In this document: piece by piece, positions 61,887-64,000 of the stretch
Position numbering within the stretch: the first letter of the stretch is position 1
Layout: every line of letters starts with the position of its first letter
Source: the human T2T-CHM13v2.0 reference genome, Homo sapiens
Strand: one strand, 5' to 3'
Assembly: GCF_009914755.1 (NCBI RefSeq)
Contig: NC_060931.1
Length of the DNA stretch: 64,000 nucleotides
Translations under genes and position numbers: made by a program
Notes under the pieces: model-generated
Databases searched by the model: none
Told to the model about the DNA's origin: nothing
The model's input: only the letters and a program-made list of their open reading frames with translations

Positions 61887-63569
61887 GTTGTTACTTTTAC
61901 AAACTTAAAGATTTCATCCAATTAGCACTGATTCAGTTTCATTGTAGAATGAATATTATACCCTCTAAGAAATACAATTTGCATTCCATTATTAGTTTGT
62001 ATCATTAAAATGCTTCAAATGAAAGTGTCTTTAAGTGTTAAGTAGTTTAGCTTCCTGAAGGCTTGCTATTTATCACTAATGCTTCATCAAGAAAGGACTT
62101 TTTTTATAACCTAGTTTTAGAATTCCATCAATAAGTAGAAAGCTTCACAATAGGTCCTTGAACCTCCATTCTCAATAATAAGTAACATTTATCTCTTTGT
62201 TTTATACACATTATATGGAATTAGAGTCCCCTGTAGAGACATTAGATTAGAAATTATAAAACCAATGTGGCATGCAGTCATTGTCCTGATATTTTCAAAC
62301 CAACAACAAAGAATGGAAAAAGGGGCAGGGGCAGCTGGGCCCTGACCTACCATGTGGGACCATATTATGCAGCAAGGTATCTCTGTAAGAGTCACTAACT
62401 AGACTGCCTGTGTAAAGTTAGATAAGGGGTAAGCTTAGTGTTGAGAAAAATCTATAAATAATTATGCAGTTCACCAAGCAAGGTAACACTGCACCCTGTG
62501 GGGTCTGAAGCAGATGACTCAGTATGTGAAGAAAAATATTTGTATTTAACTGGAATTTAATTTAGTTTCACATCCTCGCTATAGGTTAATCTTCCCTAAA
62601 AGTAGGTCACTAAATTGGTAGTGTTTTGAAGTGTTAATTTCTTTTGCCATGTCTGCCATCCCTGTGGACAAACTTTTGTAGTTTATAATGTAAATCCACA
62701 CTGATCCAGACTAATTTGAGGGGTTAATTCCATGGTGATCAATGAAATGGATAAAATGAAGACCACTGTTTAACTACTAACAAGAGGATTTTAAGTAAAG
62801 GTCCTTCAAAACCTAATTTAATGAGAAGGGATTCATTTGTAATTAGCTCCATCATTTAAAAATATGTGCTGATAACTATTGCTAAACAAACATTACCCAA
62901 AGTTAAATATACTTGCTCACTTCTCAATTTATTTCATCAAAATTTTGTTTTTTCTTTATATATATTGTCCAGGCAATCTCCAGATCAACTCAGATCCAAT
63001 GTTCATCACTCGTAACTCACAAATGGCTTTGTAGTACACAGTGGATGACAGGCATTTTATTGTATCTCATAAGCAGACATCATAATGCAGAATCAACCAG
63101 AGCTTCCTGAAGGCTTGAAAGGAACATCAATTTATGCATTCTTCAGAAGAGAAATCTTCACTGATATTTTTATTGTTACCTCATTAATTTCCCCTAGTTT
63201 TCCTAGCAGTGTCTAAGTATTCAGCCAGGTAACAATATAAGAAGTTCTGATGGTTAGTGGAGATGTTTCTAATCTCACTGGCAAATGTACTCTGAAACAC
63301 TTGAGCTCGTAAATTAACTTGATAACTCATGCTTTAGAAGAGTCAGTAAATATCTCAGTTCGTTTTGGCAATCTAAGGAGGTTTTTTAATAAACTGGAAA
63401 AGGTTAAGAGATGCAGTTCAGGTTATTGGGACAATAATTGACAGGCACTAACCTTACCCAAGGAAAAGCTTTTCTTCCCTAGAATCTTAAGACAAGTACA
63501 TGATTCATTCTGCATCATTAGCCTGTGAATCTATGGCACAAAACAAGCTTGGAGGGTAGACAGAAATAG

Positions 63570-63770
63570 TGTTTATTGAACAACTATTATGTAGCCAGCA
63601 ACTGATAGGAACTTTACTCTGGTAGTCTTATTTTGTACTCACAAAGATCCTTCAAGATAGTAGTGTCAACTTACCAACTTCATTCAACAAAGGCACCAAA
63701 ACTCAGAGAAAGAGAAATCTACTTGACTCTAGTGAGAAGAGATTTTGAAGCCACGCTCTTTACACGGTGC
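63570..63770 (-). mobile_element. MIR
   Basis: gtttattgaacaactattatgtagccagcaactg...ctcacaaagatcc...aaactcagaga. Confidence 0.55.
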
Positions 63771-63831
63771 AGCCTCCAACTTAATGGGCATTAACCATTC
63801 ATGGTTGGAATTCTTCAAAATCTGTTTTTAG

Positions 63832-63928
63832 GAGTTAACGTGCCCTTTGGTTAATGGACCAAAGAGGGAGAAAGATTGTTATACAGGATGTGTTGAGATG
63901 ATAACTGACCCTTCATGTATCCTTCAAG
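63832..63928 (+). other. Candidate 97-nt exon
   Basis: tctgtttttag|GAG ... CAAG|gtaagt consensus donor; frame 0 is open (ELTCPLVNGPKREKDCYTGCVEMITDPSCILQ) but the peptide is not recognised. Confidence 0.3.
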
Positions 63929-64000
63929 GTAAGTTCTAGTAGGTTCTGTTTTGAATTACCGTCATTTGATGTATGATTATCATGGGCATCAAGGAAAAAT

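Overview
This is AT-rich, CpG-depleted primate genomic DNA, human or another hominoid judging by AluY/AluS/AluJ and L1PA4-type elements. It is intergenic or deep-intronic: I recognise no host protein-coding gene, tRNA, rRNA, CpG island or CRISPR array, and I cannot identify the locus. Much of it is transposable-element debris: a 4.2-kb 5'-truncated dead L1PA4-like element, older L1MA/L1M pieces, 8 Alu loci, L2/MIR fragments, MaLR and ERV LTRs, and hAT/Tigger MITEs. All recognisable ORFs in the track are L1 ORF2 pieces or Alu/LTR read-throughs, plus one that partly follows a dead env. I found no convincing new biological system. The most notable structures are: (1) an ancient two-LTR LTR40-type (class III, ERVL-like) provirus at 44.7-48.1 kb with a degenerate tRNA-Ser PBS, gag and integrase DDE remnants, and gamma-type env remnants; (2) a 239-bp non-TE direct duplication with patchy divergence that copies the splice donor of a candidate minus-strand exon; (3) a twin-priming 5' inversion in an old L1MA; (4) a three-arm AluSc/AluJ recombination chimera; (5) a strong CTCF motif and a POU/Forkhead motif cluster in unique DNA; (6) several template-switch micro-rearrangements. 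Repeat subfamily names come from recalled consensus sequences, not a database search, and boundaries of old repeats are approximate.
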